NCBI GenBank assembly: GCA_951406725.2
Contig: OX597820.1
Coordinates: 113,956,001 to 114,020,000 of the forward strand
Length of the DNA stretch: 64,000 nucleotides
Direction: 5' to 3'
Origin: Octopus vulgaris
Taxonomy: Eukaryota
Part shown: positions 11,900 through 26,620 of the stretch, piece after piece
Layout: each line of letters starts with the position of its first letter
Position numbering within the stretch: the first letter of the stretch is position 1
Translations under genes and position numbers: made by a program
The notes under the pieces: model-generated
The model's input: only the letters and a program-made list of their open reading frames with translations
Told to the model about the DNA's origin: nothing
Databases searched by the model: none

Positions 11900-13300
11900 T
11901 GCCTCTTTGTTTTTAGCTTCTCTTAAACCAGTTGGTTTTCTTTAATAAGTTCATTGGTCTATTGCTTCATCGTACACCACACATCTTCGTCCTCTAGCTT
12001 GTTTCATTCAACATGAATATTTTCAATGCAACTGGGCATAAGTTCACTAGTTACATTGATATTTACATTTAGTGAAAAAGATTGTGGTATCTGTTCCAAC
12101 ACAGATGCTGCAATCTACGTTAGATTGAATCATTGCAGGAACTGTTCAAAGAAGACGTGGAGAGCACAAATGTTTGCAGACAAAAGTCCTTGAACCGATT
12201 TACCCTCTTTCCTCTTCCCAATGACTTGGTCTCCTATTTGAAATATGACAGACCCTCCACAATAAATAGAATCGTTCAATGTACAGCATAACAGGATGCA
12301 TGCTGACAATTGCAAAATGTGTTCAGCAAGGTTTTCAGCTCCTCTGGCCGTCCATCTTTTTCTTTCAGTAACTTCATGAAGTACTGATACACAGTGGACC
12401 AAGGCATGTACAGGTAGAGTCACTGCAATACGGTAAAAAAAATCTGTCAGACAGCTTTTACATTTTTTACAGTCAACAATTGTCAGGTTGGGTCGGTGGA
12501 CAAAGTAGGCAAAGACATGCAGCTTCAGTCAAACATTGACGATTATCCAACTCGTGACCAAAACATCCTCATAGCATTGGACCACGCGTAACTGGGCGTT
12601 GACACCAATAGAGTTCAGCACCGACAGTATGTACTGCAGAAGCGATACAGAATCAAAATTAGAAGCTGTTCAATAATCAACAAATTCTTCACGAAAACCT
12701 AACCGAGGATGAGAGTTGTTTAGTTTAGTTTTCGGAAGCTTCTACTTCCTCTACCATTATTATGAAAGGTCCTGGCTTGGATATTTCTTGAGCTATGTCT
12801 TCATTTATGTCATGAAAGCGAAAATTGCGTTCTGAAAGCTGTGACGTAAATGTATTTTGCCCGTCCGTTATCCGATCCCTGATGGTAAAGTCGTGTGCCG
12901 ATGTTAGGCCCATTATTTCTAGCACATTGCGATGCCTTTATTCACAATGTTCATATTTTCTTTGGGGAATCTGTTCTAATGCTGTAAATGTAAAACAGAG
13001 GCCAAACGGATAGATGGCGCCCATTTTCACGAACTCGCTTCACAGGAACTTCATTAGCCATTGATAACAGAAACGAGTTTTTAGCCGTCCCTTTATACAG
13101 AAGAGGTTTTGATATAGAATTGAGATCTCTTGTGGATAACGAAATCCTCTTTTAACCAACAGCATACTAGAGCAACCGAAATTCTGTGTTCGCTGGGGCA
13201 CCAGTCACAAACTGAAAGTGAGAAGTTACTAGATCATATACCAATTGATCGGGCAGTATCCCAGCCGTTTATCCACGAGTTCATGTTATTGCTTTATCCT
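11900..13300 (-). mobile_element. Highly decayed LINE RT region (possibly L1/Tx1-like)
   Basis: Non-repetitive coding-like composition with only faint similarity to RT-region motifs; no intact motif. Confidence 0.25.
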
Positions 13301-14180
13301 CTTGTGGACCTTTTCTGAGAATCTTTTTCCACATATTCTCTCTAACGAGCAAACAATGGAACTTCATGAAGACAAATACTGAGGAAATCAGTGTTTTTAA
13401 GTGTTGAGGAAATAAGTATCGATCTCGGCAGGATTCAGAACGAACATTTAAAGGCATTTGCCCAGTGTTCCAATGATTCTGCAAAGTAATCAACCACTTG
13501 TTTAGCATTTTAATGGTTTCAAGAAATGAGCATGGGTCCCATCTAGCAGCGGTTGAGACTGATATCTGAGACTAACTTCAATTGTTTTTAAGTGATGAAA
13601 GGTATTTATGATTCTAAAGAGAAAGGAGAGAATGTGGAAGCAAAGAAAGGGAGATACAAACAAAGAAAAAAGGGAATAAAGAAAAGAAAAAAAAAAGAAT
13701 TCTTGCCACTTTTTGTTTCCCGGCAACAATTTATATTTTACTTTCTATCCCAAATAGTAGAGTTTCTTCCACTGTTTACACTATGTTACCATGTGTATAT
13801 GACGTGTTTTGAATTTATTGAAGTTCCCTATGTCGTACTTGCTCAGGTTGTTTTCTTGGCTTCTTTTAATTTTTTGAACAATTATTTCGTTTATATAAAA
13901 ACTGTTGTGGGGTGTCTGACAAACTTTACCATTTTAAAATTGCTTTGATATATCAATTTTTGGTTTGACATTTAAAATTCTGCAACTCATTCCTGAAAAT
14001 ATTTAACAAAATAAATAAATAAATGTATGTATTATGTCAGCATATAAACGTAAACTATCGCACAGTCGAATAAATGAAATAAAGAGAAAGGAAAAAAATG
14101 AAAAACAAAAGAAAAACAACAAAATGGCGGCTTAGTATTTCTAAATGATATACATTAAAAAATATTTCTATCTATCCATA

Positions 14181-14770
<590 letters not shown>

Positions 14771-14777
14771 TAATAAT

Positions 14778-15430
14778 AGCGTAGCTGTGTGATAAGAAGC
14801 TTGCTTGCCAACCACATGGTTCCGGGTTCAGTCCCACTCAGTGACATCTTGAACAGGTGTCTTCTACTGTAGCCTCAGGCTGACCAAAACCTTGTGAGTG
14901 GATTTGGTAGACGGAAACTGAAAGAAGCCCGCCGTATATATGTGCATGTGTGAGTGTGTGTGCGTGTCTTAGTATCTGTTTTCGTCTCCCACTACCTATT
15001 TCTTTACTACCCACAAGGGGCTAAACACAGAGAGGACAAACAAGGACAGACATAGGTATTAAGTCGATTACATCGACCCCAGTGCGTAACTAGTACTTAA
15101 TTTTTTGACCCCAAAAGGATGAAAGGCAAAGTCGACCTCGGCGGAATTTGAACTCACAACGTGACGGCAGACGAGATACCGCAAAGCATTTCGCCCGGCG
15201 TGCTAACGCTTCTCCTAGCTCGCCGCCTTATTCGTCGCCCACTACCGTTTGACAACCGGTGTTGGTGTGTTTCCGTTCCTGTAATTTAACGGTTCGGCGA
15301 AAGGGATCGATAGGATAAGTATCAGGATTTAAAAAAAGGACTAGGGTTGAGTCATTCCGTTTTAAAAAATTCTTCAAGCGGGGTGGCCAGTATGACCACA
15401 ATCTAATGACTGAAACAATTAAAAGATAAA
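14778..15430 (+). mobile_element. Older SINE family A copy interrupted by a family B SINE
   Basis: Head 14778-14935; tail resumes after 15231. Confidence 0.85.
14997..15230 (-). mobile_element. tRNA-derived SINE family B (central segment resembles the Deu/Nin SINE domain)
   Basis: Minus strand GAGTTCAAATTCC B-box and gtcgactttgcctttcatcc core; 16-bp TSD ttcgtc(t/g)cccactacc at 14981 and 15231. Confidence 0.9.
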
Positions 15431-15622
15431 AGACAAAAAAAAACATAACACTTCACATTGTTTAGAGAGGATGGGGGGGGGGAGTAAAGGAGAGATAAAG
15501 AAATAACTAAAGGGAAAAACTATGGAGGTAAAGGGGGAGAAGGAAAGTGTGTAGATGAGAGAATAGTTATGAGAGAAGTGTTACAAACGAGTAAATTGCT
15601 TTATTTTCATTTTACTTTAAGG

Positions 15623-15735
15623 CACTGGCATGGGTAGAGTGCATGCCACCTCCGGGACCCAACAAAAATAAACATTGCCTCCACAAGATTCAAAAGTGGT
15701 GCCGCCCCCTCCACACCCCTCTAGCTACGTTAGCG
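15623..15735. mobile_element. Small hAT-like MITE
   Basis: Perfect 8-bp flanking duplication ctttaagg (15615-15622, 15736-15743); decayed CA-starting TIR. Confidence 0.5.
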
Positions 15736-15876
15736 CTTTAAGGTAATAAATATTTTCCGTTTGAAAATTAGTTTCCAAGTCATCAATTTCTATAATCAGC
15801 GAATATTTCCTGATAATGCAAATGTTGGCAAAAGTACACTTCCAAAGTTACCCGTCATATAACAGGAAACACACAA

Positions 15877-15979
<103 letters not shown>

Positions 15980-16778
15980 TCGGGATGAGTACTTGATACT
16001 AGCAGTAATAACCGTCGTTCATCGGATAATTACTTTTACTCTTTCTCAGGAGTCACATTCAAAGTATTAGTATATATAATAGATTTCTCAACGGGTATTT
16101 CATGCGAGAGTTTCAGGGAGTCGCTGGCGATGTATCGTGATGATCAAAAATCCAGCCTGCTAAAATTTGGTTAAAGTGATTCAAACTGCAGACTCAATGC
16201 AAAATGGTCACATTTAATTCAAAGCGTTAAAAATGTTATGAAAACAATTGGTATGTGTTCACAAAGTCCAAATGATTAATACGAAAATACCATCCAGGCT
16301 ACATCCCGAAAATTCATTTCTTTGCCGAATTTGTACAATGTTTATGGCGATTCGTTTTTATATCTTGATTTTTTATTTTTCATGCAATTTACGCATGCTT
16401 GCATGTGTGATAAACACAGTTCATGTCAAACAGCCGACTGAGTAAAGTTCACTATTCAATGCATGGGATAAGGCCTAAACAAACACATTATCGATTTTTG
16501 CACTTGCGAGATGAATTTCGGAACAGAAATAGCGCAGTTCAATTTTCATTCGCCTAAACTTTAAGTGACCCAATTTTGGTGGTTCTACGATTTGTTGGCT
16601 AGGAGGAGATGTGCCGGGAAGTTAAACACACAGACACACACACAGATACACACACAGACACACACACAGATACACATACAGACACACACACACAGATACA
16701 CACACAGACACACAAGTTGAGTTTTATATATATAGATATATATATGTATGTTTGTATGTGTATACACACACGCATACA

Positions 16779-17137
16779 CTAGCAATGCATCCCGACGTTG
16801 CCCAAGTGTTATGACCTACAAGCACATTGTATTATTTGCTCTTTTCTTATGGGCAGAAATGGCAGAGTTGATATATAGTTAATGAGATAATGGAAATTAT
16901 TGTGTGTTTAATAGTGAAGGGCTAGGGTACAGTTTGCGTGAAAGTGCTTTCTATCGTTAAGGATCAGAAACTGTGTATTGTTTCATCGTACAAAAGTAGG
17001 TTATTACGATTTTGTCCAGAAATCACCTTTTCAATATTTTAATTTCGCCCTATCCCCACCGCAATTTCTTAATTTGTAACTTTTTTTGAATTTTTTTTTT
17101 ATTATTTACGAAGAAAAATAGAGATTACGAATCTGGG

Positions 17138-17189
<52 letters not shown>

Positions 17190-18422
17190 TTTTATAGCTT
17201 AATTTTTCTTAAAGAAACACTCAGTGCCCCTTCCTCCTCCTCGCCCACCTATCATCTACCAGTCTTAAAAAAGCCAAAATCTTCCAATCTTTCGCTCTTG
17301 GCTAATGTCTCCCGCATGCGTAGAATTCTACTGATATAGTAGGGTTTAAAAGCACCAGACCATCACTAGAAAAGCCGACATACCAGAAACAACAGGTCAA
17401 CGACACTTCCCCGTTTTCCAAAAAGCTAAAAGTGAAACATTGGGAGCATGTAGCTTTTTAAAAGTGGTGAGGTGATGGGTAAAATTCTTAAAGATTCGCA
17501 CTCTTTGTTTTTTCTCCATGGATTACCGAGAATAAAATTTGAAAAAAGTAAAAAAAGAAATGAATTTGGTGTAGAGAGGGAGGAAATTAAAACATTGAGA
17601 ATGTGTTTTGAGGGTGAAATCCTAATCTCCTATACCGCAAACAGGAATCGGAAGAAATTTAGGAAAAAAAATAATGTGGAGAGTCACCTCGGACATGTTA
17701 GAAAGAAGAGATGAAGAACAGGACTTCTGGAAAATTTCCTTTTAAGTTTATATCGAAGATCAGGTTTTTAAATACGCTCATCACAAACACAAATTACACA
17801 ACAGAAAAAAATCATTTCAATTGGATTTGAGCTATAAATTTGCGCGTGCACACTGCAAGAAATAACATAATTCACACAGAGGTTTTACCTAGAGTGTGTG
17901 TGTGTACCAAAGGAAATTATTTTATGGCATTCTTTCGTTTTACGGAAATTAACGAATATTCATATGATCCCATATATGTCGAGTTGACAACTTATCTTCT
18001 TCAAACGAAAGAATGCCATAAAATAATTTTATTCTCATACTATTGCTATCACCCCATATCCATCAGTGTTCAGTATGTTAGCCTAGAATGCTGGTTCAGT
18101 GTTCAGTCCCTCTTTCTCTCACATACCTTCTCTCTCTCTCTCTCTCTCTCTCTTATTATTATTATTATTACTACTCCCACTGCCACCATCAACACTACTA
18201 CTTTTAATAAAATATCATCAACTCTCCCTAAATTTCTTTTTCTCCCCCTCTTTTTCTTTCTCTCTCTCTCTGTCTTCGCCACCGCTCTCACCATTTTTAT
18301 GCTTTCTATTACTCTCACCCCAGCACGAGGAATAGTAGAAGTGTCATTGAAAAAGTGTGAGAAAGGTTCAAAGTGTGACACACTGACACACAGAAATTAG
18401 TTTTTGCATTTATTATATTAGA
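16779..18422 (-). mobile_element. Probable long non-autonomous Helitron
   Basis: Plus strand a|ctag with hairpin remnant cccgacgttgccc at the left; Helitron-like 5' end (..ttattatattaga|t) at the right. Continuity between the ends is inferred. Confidence 0.5.
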
Positions 18423-19005
18423 TTAAGTAAGAAAATGAAGAGATTTAATGGATATGAATTAATTTCTTAATTAATTAATATCGCCTTCAATTGTTTCAAT
18501 TCATAACCAATACAAATTACGAAACATATATAAGAGAGCGCAAATCTCTGCCAAGGCATCATCAACGTCCTCTCAACGATTAGCCAGAGTTGAATTTTAA
18601 AATGAGAATATCTGAAATAAACTCGGCTGCTCTCACAAACGAGAATACTAAGAATGAACCCGATCGCTATCAAAGATTAAGTTTAAAAAAAAAACGGAAA
18701 AATAATCCAGCATCATTGACCGGTACCTGATCGATCACAATGGTAGTCATGGAATGTGAAGGAAGCAGTAGAAAATTTAGTAGCAGTAATAAATAGTTTG
18801 TCCTTATCTAATAGACACCAAAGTTAACAAATTCACCATTCAAAATAGTATCAAAAGCGGGGATAATAAACAAATAGCACGATACCTTTTGGTTTTCTCT
18901 TCTCTTAAATTCCAACCTTCCTTTAGTATTCCTGTTGTTTTAGTTTGATGTATAGATGTATGTATATATGTAAGTATACTGTAAAGTGTTAATATATATG
19001 TATAA

Positions 19006-19518
19006 CTAGCAGTATCGCCCGGCGTTGATCGGGTTTGTAAGGGAAATAACTATATAAGCATCTTTAGAGAGTTACTTCCCTTATAGATGCCAATTCGGGC
19101 TTTCATAGCCATTTCTGTTTTGGTGTCTTCAAGCTATGAAGTCGTTGTTCTAAAAGAACGCTGGTCTCCTTGACAACGCTTTACGACATTGATTTCCTTA
19201 CACTCCCTTCCCCACAGCTTCACGGGGGAGGGAAGAAGGGGGAGAAGCAAACAGGTGCAGGTGTGACCATGGACGCCAACTCCGCCGCCATCGACACACG
19301 AAAAATTATGCATTAAAATGGAATAAAAAATTATGTTAAATTATTTTTAAAATCGTAGACTCATCGTAGACGCGCGCTAATACTCAGACGGGCTTGATAT
19401 GAATCACGACTATAAGATACCCGAATATGGTTAAACTGCACCGCAAAATGTGGGAGTAGTTAGGAATCTAAATCAAAGGGGACAGACACTCACACAACTA
19501 CAGTTTTATATATATAGA
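19006..19518 (-). mobile_element. Non-autonomous Helitron (family H1)
   Basis: Reverse complement of the 10085 copy with an extra ~200-bp internal segment; correct TC/CTAG ends in an AT site. Confidence 0.88.
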
Positions 19519-20216
19519 TATATAATATATATATTATAAAGAATAAAATGTTTTGAATGGTACAACAATGCACTATAATACAAACAAAGGGCTATGTACC
19601 TGTTGTAATTTAGTCATCTATAGTCTTATATGATATTTCGGAATAAAATTCTTTCTTCAGATATTCTTCGAAGGAGTCGCTACTATAATCGGTTTTCCAA
19701 TGGCTTTTACATATATGTTAAATGTTAGTGTTGTTTAATTTCTGAACGGTTTTGCTGTCGTCTGTTTATGTAGCTTGATTTCTTTATCCATCAGTTTCTA
19801 CTAAGGTAGAGACGCAAGTAAAATTAATAATAGAAAAACGAAAATAAAACTTCGGAAACAGCATACAGGGAGATAATTGAGAAAGACTTGAAAGTCAACA
19901 TAAGATCGTAATCATGTAAAGTAAAGTGAAATATCATCAGGGCAAAGACTGTTAGGGTGTCTCAACTGATCAGCTTGTAAACTCTGTAATGTCCTTTGCC
20001 CTGAAGATATTTCACTCAAAATCTTCAAATTGCAAACTTATATTATTATATATGTTTTGTAATTTGTAATGGGTGTGAATTGAAACAATTGCAGGTAATG
20101 TTAATTAATTAATAAATTAATTTATATCCAAAAGTAGAGAGTATCCAATCAGATTAATGTAAAATTGTTTTATCATAACATTAATATATACATACACACA
20201 TACATACATACATACA

Positions 20217-20251
<35 letters not shown>

Positions 20252-20252
20252 G

Positions 20253-20325
<73 letters not shown>

Positions 20326-20929
20326 ATATATATATACACTCTATACTGTTTTCTCCCCCATCGTTTTCTCTCATCCTTTCTCTAATTCCCTTTTTCTCCC
20401 CTTCACCGTTCTCTATCTGTCTCTCTCTCTCCCCCTCTTTCTCCTTTTCTCTCCCTCGTTGCTCACATATCACCCTCGACCATCTTTCTTTTCTTCATAT
20501 GATCGTCTTCCTTTTCTTGTAGGACTGCCCTAAGGACTGGACATATCCTATCTCTCTCTTCTATCTTTTCTCTTGTCAAAGAACATATTTCTCCATCGTT
20601 CGCTATTTTATCCTCGTTCTGGTCTAACGACCCTCCATGTTTGTTTTCGTTCGGTTTCTTTGTATGTCTCCACTGTCCTGTATTTTTTCCCAACTTTGAC
20701 CCTCCATAAATCCCAATGCTCAAAATGAGGAGTAGATGGACAGTCGATAACTGATGAAGGGTTGTTCTTTATTTTACTTGTCCTGTTTTCCATTTGTTTC
20801 TCTCGTTGTTTGCGTATTGAACTCATTTGTTTTTGTATTTCATGTTGTTTACTGTTGGTGACGTCCTGTATCCATATATGCATATATATATATATATATA
20901 TATGTACACACACATACATAGATACATAC

Positions 20930-20964
<35 letters not shown>

Positions 20965-21596
20965 TGTATGTATGTATGTATGTATGTATGTATGTATATA
21001 TATATATATAGACATGTGTTAATGTGAGATCGGAAAGATTCAGAACATTTGCGGTCTGTTCATCATTCAGGACAGTAGCCAAAAAACGGATCCAGTCTTT
21101 GGAGATATCTCTCTGGGACAAATGTTCAGAAAACATCATAACTAATCACTGTTAATCACTGTGTGCATTGCAATCAATGTACATGCGATAGCAAATATAA
21201 AGCTCTGACCAGCTTACCCCTAAACAATAGCAGGCAAGAGGAACTTAATAAAGCCGTAATAATAATGGGAAGACGATAAGAAGGGGCATGGCAGATCATT
21301 TCTATGGCGGTGGGAGGAAGTTAACAACACTTGTACAATGGGGTCAAGATAACAGATATTGTGTAACGCTGGAAGATAAGAGCATGGGAAAAATTCGCAC
21401 ATATGCAGGGCTCTGATAACCTCCTCGAATGGGGCTAGTATAGGGAACACGAGATGGGGACGTTTCATTAAAAAAGACAATTATTAAACCTGGAACCAGA
21501 AAAAGGTTAGATTTAAAGCATCTAATTTCCATTATCTAAATGTCCGACAGAATAATGGGATTGTGAATATAAACATTAAGTGTTCCACATTCTCTG

Positions 21597-21631
<35 letters not shown>

Positions 21632-21750
21632 GTCTGTCTGTCTGTTTATCCATATACATGTACACACCACACGCACAGGCACGCACACGCACGCACCACA
21701 CACACCCATACGCGCGCGCACACAAACATACGCGTGGGCACACAACCATA

Positions 21751-22915
21751 CAAGGTGGCCCAAAAGTAGGTTTACAGTTATCACAAAGGTACTTTAAATT
21801 TCTTTTAAAACATTTTACTACATTTAAATTTTTATCTTAAAATTAACTAAATTAGTGGATCTTTTCGCTTTGACCGGCAGATTTTAAAAATAATTTCTTT
21901 GTAACTAAACACTTTTAAACTTCGTATACTGGTAGAATGTGTTACATAAAACATCTTTTTCTCTTGGCTTTCTCGAGAAAATTTTGTAGCTTGTAAGCTA
22001 TTTGTTCTTTAATCTCTGGCATTTCGGCAATTTCAACCAATCAATGACGTCTATTGAGGTGAAAACGATTTCTGCCATAATGTGTCAACAACAATTATTT
22101 CTGGTGTCATATGAAATTGTCCCCGTTATTTATGACATATTTCATATCAGTTACGTTCGTATGAATAAAAGATTATCGTTATTAAACTTTTATTAATAAA
22201 CACATAATCTAAGTTCACAACATATGCAGTTTTAATTTCCCTCTCTGTTGCACAGATACACACATTACATATATATTCGTTTAAGAAACAGATTGGGTTT
22301 ATTTACATTTCAAAATAAAAACAAGATACCCTTCCCCCCACCCCTAATCCTAACCTTAACCTTAACCCTAACCCTAACTCTAACCCTAATCCTAAAACAG
22401 ATTGAAATGCAATAGATCGATACTAGGGTCATAATTATGGGTGGACACTAAAGAGGGAACAGTTTTGTTATTCACCTCTGCTTATGAGTGACTCCTCATT
22501 TTATGGCCACAGGGTATCTTTTTTCTCATAAAAAACAGGGACATTTTCATATGACACCGGAAATAATTGTTGTTGATACATTATGGCAGAAATCGTTTTC
22601 ACCTCAATAGACGTCATTGATTGGTTGAAATTGCCGAAATGCAAGAAATTAAAGACCAAATATCTTACAAACTACAGAGTTTTCTCAAGAAAGCCAAGAG
22701 AAAAAGATGTTTAATGTAACACACTACCAGTATACAAAGTTTAAAAGTGTTTAGTTACAAAGAAATTATTTTAAAAATCTGTCGGTCAAAGCGAAAAGAT
22801 TCAAATTAGCATAGAATAATAGTTTCATATTTCTTTATAATTAAGACTTAAACTGTTAATATATGAATGCGAAAGAAATAGTTGAATAACTGTAAACCTA
22901 CTTTTGGGCCACCAG
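21751..22915. mobile_element. Tc1/mariner-type MITE hosting a nested MITE
   Basis: TIR ggtggcccaaaagtaggtttacagtta / taactgtaaacctacttttgggccacc; TA at left flank. Confidence 0.8.
21857..22802. mobile_element. Long foldback variant of the GGATC MITE (~270-bp inverted arms) with CCCTAA tract
   Basis: 8-bp TSD aaattagt/aaattagc; arms 21857-22125 and 22545-22802; CCCTAA-like repeats at 22340-22395. Confidence 0.9.
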
Positions 22916-22973
22916 TTCAAATACACTTGAGAAATATCCGAAGAAGGGCGTTGGTAACAAGTTTATATTTATA

Positions 22974-23338
22974 CTAGCACTATGACCCGGCGTTGCCAGG
23001 TCATAGTGCTAATGCATGCATATACAGCTGCATGCGTGCACACATACACGCGAGTACTGTCCAAATCTCCGACCAATCACATACAGCTAGCTGGCATTCA
23101 ATTGGCGTATCAAGTTTCAGGCATTTTGATTGGGTTTCGGATAGAAAGTTCACAAAAAAGTCACTTCTATTGATTTTTTTAATGGCTTTGCGGGGTGACT
23201 GGGGAAATGTAAAGATGTGCACGACCACCCTTGGACGGTTTTGAATGACCATAGAAAGTGCGAGCCCTCTAACTGAAAAATTGTGGATTTGTATAAAGGA
23301 CTCACACACAGACATTTTACCGTTTATATATAGAGAGA
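22974..23338 (-). mobile_element. Non-autonomous Helitron (family H2)
   Basis: a|ctag with terminal palindrome; ..gaga|t 5' end; copies at 31818 and 43728. Confidence 0.85.
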
Positions 23339-23737
23339 TAAATACAGCGAGAACATTTTTGTAAACAAACTTAGAAGCGTCGCGAGTGTTGATATTCTAC
23401 AGAAAATAAATTCTCGAATGCAGGATGGCTGTGAAGACAACTTGGGAAACCGAGTTAATACCCATATAATGGAAGTGATGGTTTGTGGTACCCGTGGAGT
23501 ATCTCTTTCTCTCATTACAATTATTTCTGAGTACTCGAAGAAGAAGCTTACAAGCGAAGTGCAATTCAATCGTTGTTTATTTTTGTTCTCGTTCACGTGC
23601 CTCGCTCCCAGTGACCATCTTTATGACAGCGGGTGGTTCATTATAGCTCCGTTCACGTGAGGTACATTACCTCTGGAGATAACAGGTGAAGTCAAAGCGG
23701 GAGAAATGTCCGCTGTGAGCTGCCAGCTTGCAGTGGG

Positions 23738-24030
23738 GATCTTTTGCTTTGACTGGTAGATTTTTAAAATAATTTCTTTGTAACTAAACACTTTTAAACT
23801 TCGTATACTGGTAGAATGTGTTTATAAAACATCTTTTTCTCTTGGCTTTCTTGAGAAAATTCTGTAGTTTGTAAGCTGTTTCTTGTTTATTTTCTTGCAT
23901 TTCGGCAATTTCAACCAATCAATGACGTCTATTGAGGTGAATTCAATATCTCCGGAGCGTTGTCAACAACAATAATTTCCGGTGTCATACGAAATTTCTT
24001 TGCCGCATTTATCACTATAAAGGGAAGGTT
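23738..24030. mobile_element. Partial GGATC MITE arm
   Basis: Matches 21857-22130. Confidence 0.8.
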
Positions 24031-24605
24031 CTTATCAACTAACTCTGAAATCGAGTCCGATATCGTAATAATGGGATTTTTTAGAAATTTCTGTCGGCTT
24101 TCTTCGAAACGCATGCTTGTAATGATAAATTACTTGGTTATTGACGCTATGTCTATTTTCGGCATATTTTGGCATTAGAAATTTTTTCTTTTGCCCTTAC
24201 TTATAAATTGTATATATATATATATACACACACACATACACATACATGCATATGTACACATATATATGTATAAACGCACACACATATATACACATATACG
24301 CATATATACATACGTACATGCGTGTGTGTATGTGTGTATAGGCCCATGTACACACATCATATTGAAAAATAAGCCTATAATCTCCTCTCATCCTGAATTT
24401 ATAATGTATTTACTCCGTGTAGAAAAAATTATTGTTCGGATTTCCTGGATTTTCAGTTGCACGGATATATTACCTTATGATTACTACGTAAGCTGATAGC
24501 GGATTCCGAATGGGGGGCTTACTGAGAAAGCCGCATGATTCTCTGATTCCATATTCTCGATACACTTTTTCTTATATATGTCAAAATATATATAGTCATA
24601 CAGTA

Positions 24606-25492
24606 TCTACTACATATGAGGAAAATTCTGTCTGTGTTTGTGGAGTTGTTAGCTAACTCCTCCTACATCGTTTTATCGATTTTGATGAAACTTGACATGT
24701 GAGTAGAACTCATGTCTGGAAACATCGTGGCATACTCAGATTGTTGAAAAAATCGATAATAGGGCCCCTGGAAGGGAACTTTATATATATATAATATATT
24801 TTATTTTAAAAACCAAGGGAAATAAAACATTCACCCCTGGAAGTGATCTTTATATATAGCCAAAGGAAATAATCCATTCATTTTCCTAAATCATTTGGAA
24901 AAAATGAAATTGAGTATGCTTATTTCTTAGTATTTGAACTGTTAGAATTATTTTCGCAGTTTGTCCAGTATAACACTTAAACAATAGATCCTCTTATTTT
25001 GATTAGTCATTTATTCACGAATATACCAACCCTAGCGCCCCTAAGAGTAATATTCTCTGGGAATGCACAAAAGCCCTTTTCAGAGTTATTTACTTTGAAT
25101 TGTTATTATCTCATTTCTAATTAACCTGTTAATCCGGAACGTGCTTTACGATTTTAGTATACATACCTTATTAGTATTTCCTCCTATGTTCTATATACTC
25201 TGGGAACGCATTAAAGTCTTTTTCGGGGCTACTTTATTTGAATTCTTACTATAGGATAATTAATTTCATGTTATTACATATCTAATTTTACAATTTGGGT
25301 ATTCCTAACTTATTGGGAATTCCTAAAAACAAAATCTTGTATAAGACAGTTCGGTATTCTCAATAAATACACAAAATCCGTTTTAAGGGCTACATACTTT
25401 GTATTGTTGTTACTGGATTAGTGAAACAATTATGAGAAGGGAACCAAGGGATAAACCCTGCTTTCCAGGGAATTACCGGGTACGTCAGCTAG
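24606..25492 (+). mobile_element. Non-autonomous Helitron with internal degenerate tandem repeats
   Basis: A|TCTACTA start, ..ccggg-tacgtcag-CTAG|T end; repeated ctctgggaa..actttgaatt units at about 25035-25420. Confidence 0.7.
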
Positions 25493-25636
25493 TAATGCAT
25501 ATATCTGTGTGTGTGTAATATATATATATATATGTATATGTATATATATATATAGATAAAGGACTCACATAGATAGATAGATAGGGAGAGAGAGAGAGGG
25601 AGAGATAGAAAGAGAGATAGACAGACAGACAGACAA

Positions 25637-25707
<71 letters not shown>

Positions 25708-25708
25708 T

Positions 25709-26147
25709 AGGCGCAGGAGGCATGGATGTGTGGTAAGAAGTTTGCTTCCCAACTGCATACTTTCAGGTTTTGTCCCACTGCGTGGTACCTTGGGCAAGTG
25801 TCTTCTAGTATAGTCTAGGGTTGACCAAAGCGCTAGTAGATTTGGTAGACGGAAATTCAAAGAAGCCTGTCGTATATATATATGCGTGCGTGCGTGTGTC
25901 TGTGTGCGTGTGCATGTGCCTTTGTGTGCATGAGCGTGTGTCTTTGCTTGTTACCCGCCACCGCTCGATAACTGGTGTAGGTGCATTTACGTCTCCGTAA
26001 ATTAGCAGTTTGGCAAAAGAGACCGATAGAATAAGTACCAGACTTCCAAAAAAAAAAAAGTAGTGGGGTCGATTCATCTGACTAAAAAAATTCTCCAAGG
26101 CGGTGCTCCAGTATGGCCACACTCTGTTGACTGAAACAAGAAAAAGA
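25709..26147 (+). mobile_element. SINE family A (diverged)
   Basis: Head, accttgggcaagt segment and tail all present; preceded by (GATA)n. Confidence 0.88.
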
Positions 26148-26247
26148 TATATGATATACATATAGTCACCTAATGCATTACAACAGAACTCACTGGGTCA
26201 ACTCAGCTGGAGTTGATCAGATTCCAATCTGTATCCCACCATCTGTT

Positions 26248-26620
26248 GATGGCCCAGTGGTTAGGGAAAAGAACTCGCGGTCGGAGGATCGCGGTTTTGA
26301 TTCCCAGACCGGGTGTTGTGTGTGTTTATTGAGCGCAAACACCTAAGCTCCACGAGGCTCTGGCAGGGGGTGGTGGCGACCCCTGTTGTATGCTTCGCTC
26401 CATCTTTCTCTCACTCTTTCTTCCTGTTTCTTATCCCCGACTTCCTATGCAACCGCTGAGCCTGGATGCGCATTCATCCATCCGTAGATGCTCTCGGCGT
26501 CGGGGGTTGACCTGCTTTCTCTTCTGTGGGTCTTACGAATAGCAAAGGACCACGATTCGGACTTATCCCACTCTGGGACGAAGACCGCTTCGCTCAACAG
26601 CAACAGCAACCATCAACAGC
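26248..26620 (+). mobile_element. tRNA-derived SINE related to family C, with a different tail
   Basis: tggcccagtgg head and acacctaagctccacg shared with 11572; ends in (CAA/CAG)n. Confidence 0.75.

Noticed and set aside
18520-18575. Further hammerhead candidates (also about 19930-20015 and 35550-35600)
   Set aside because: Core or GAAA is incomplete and the stems do not close convincingly.
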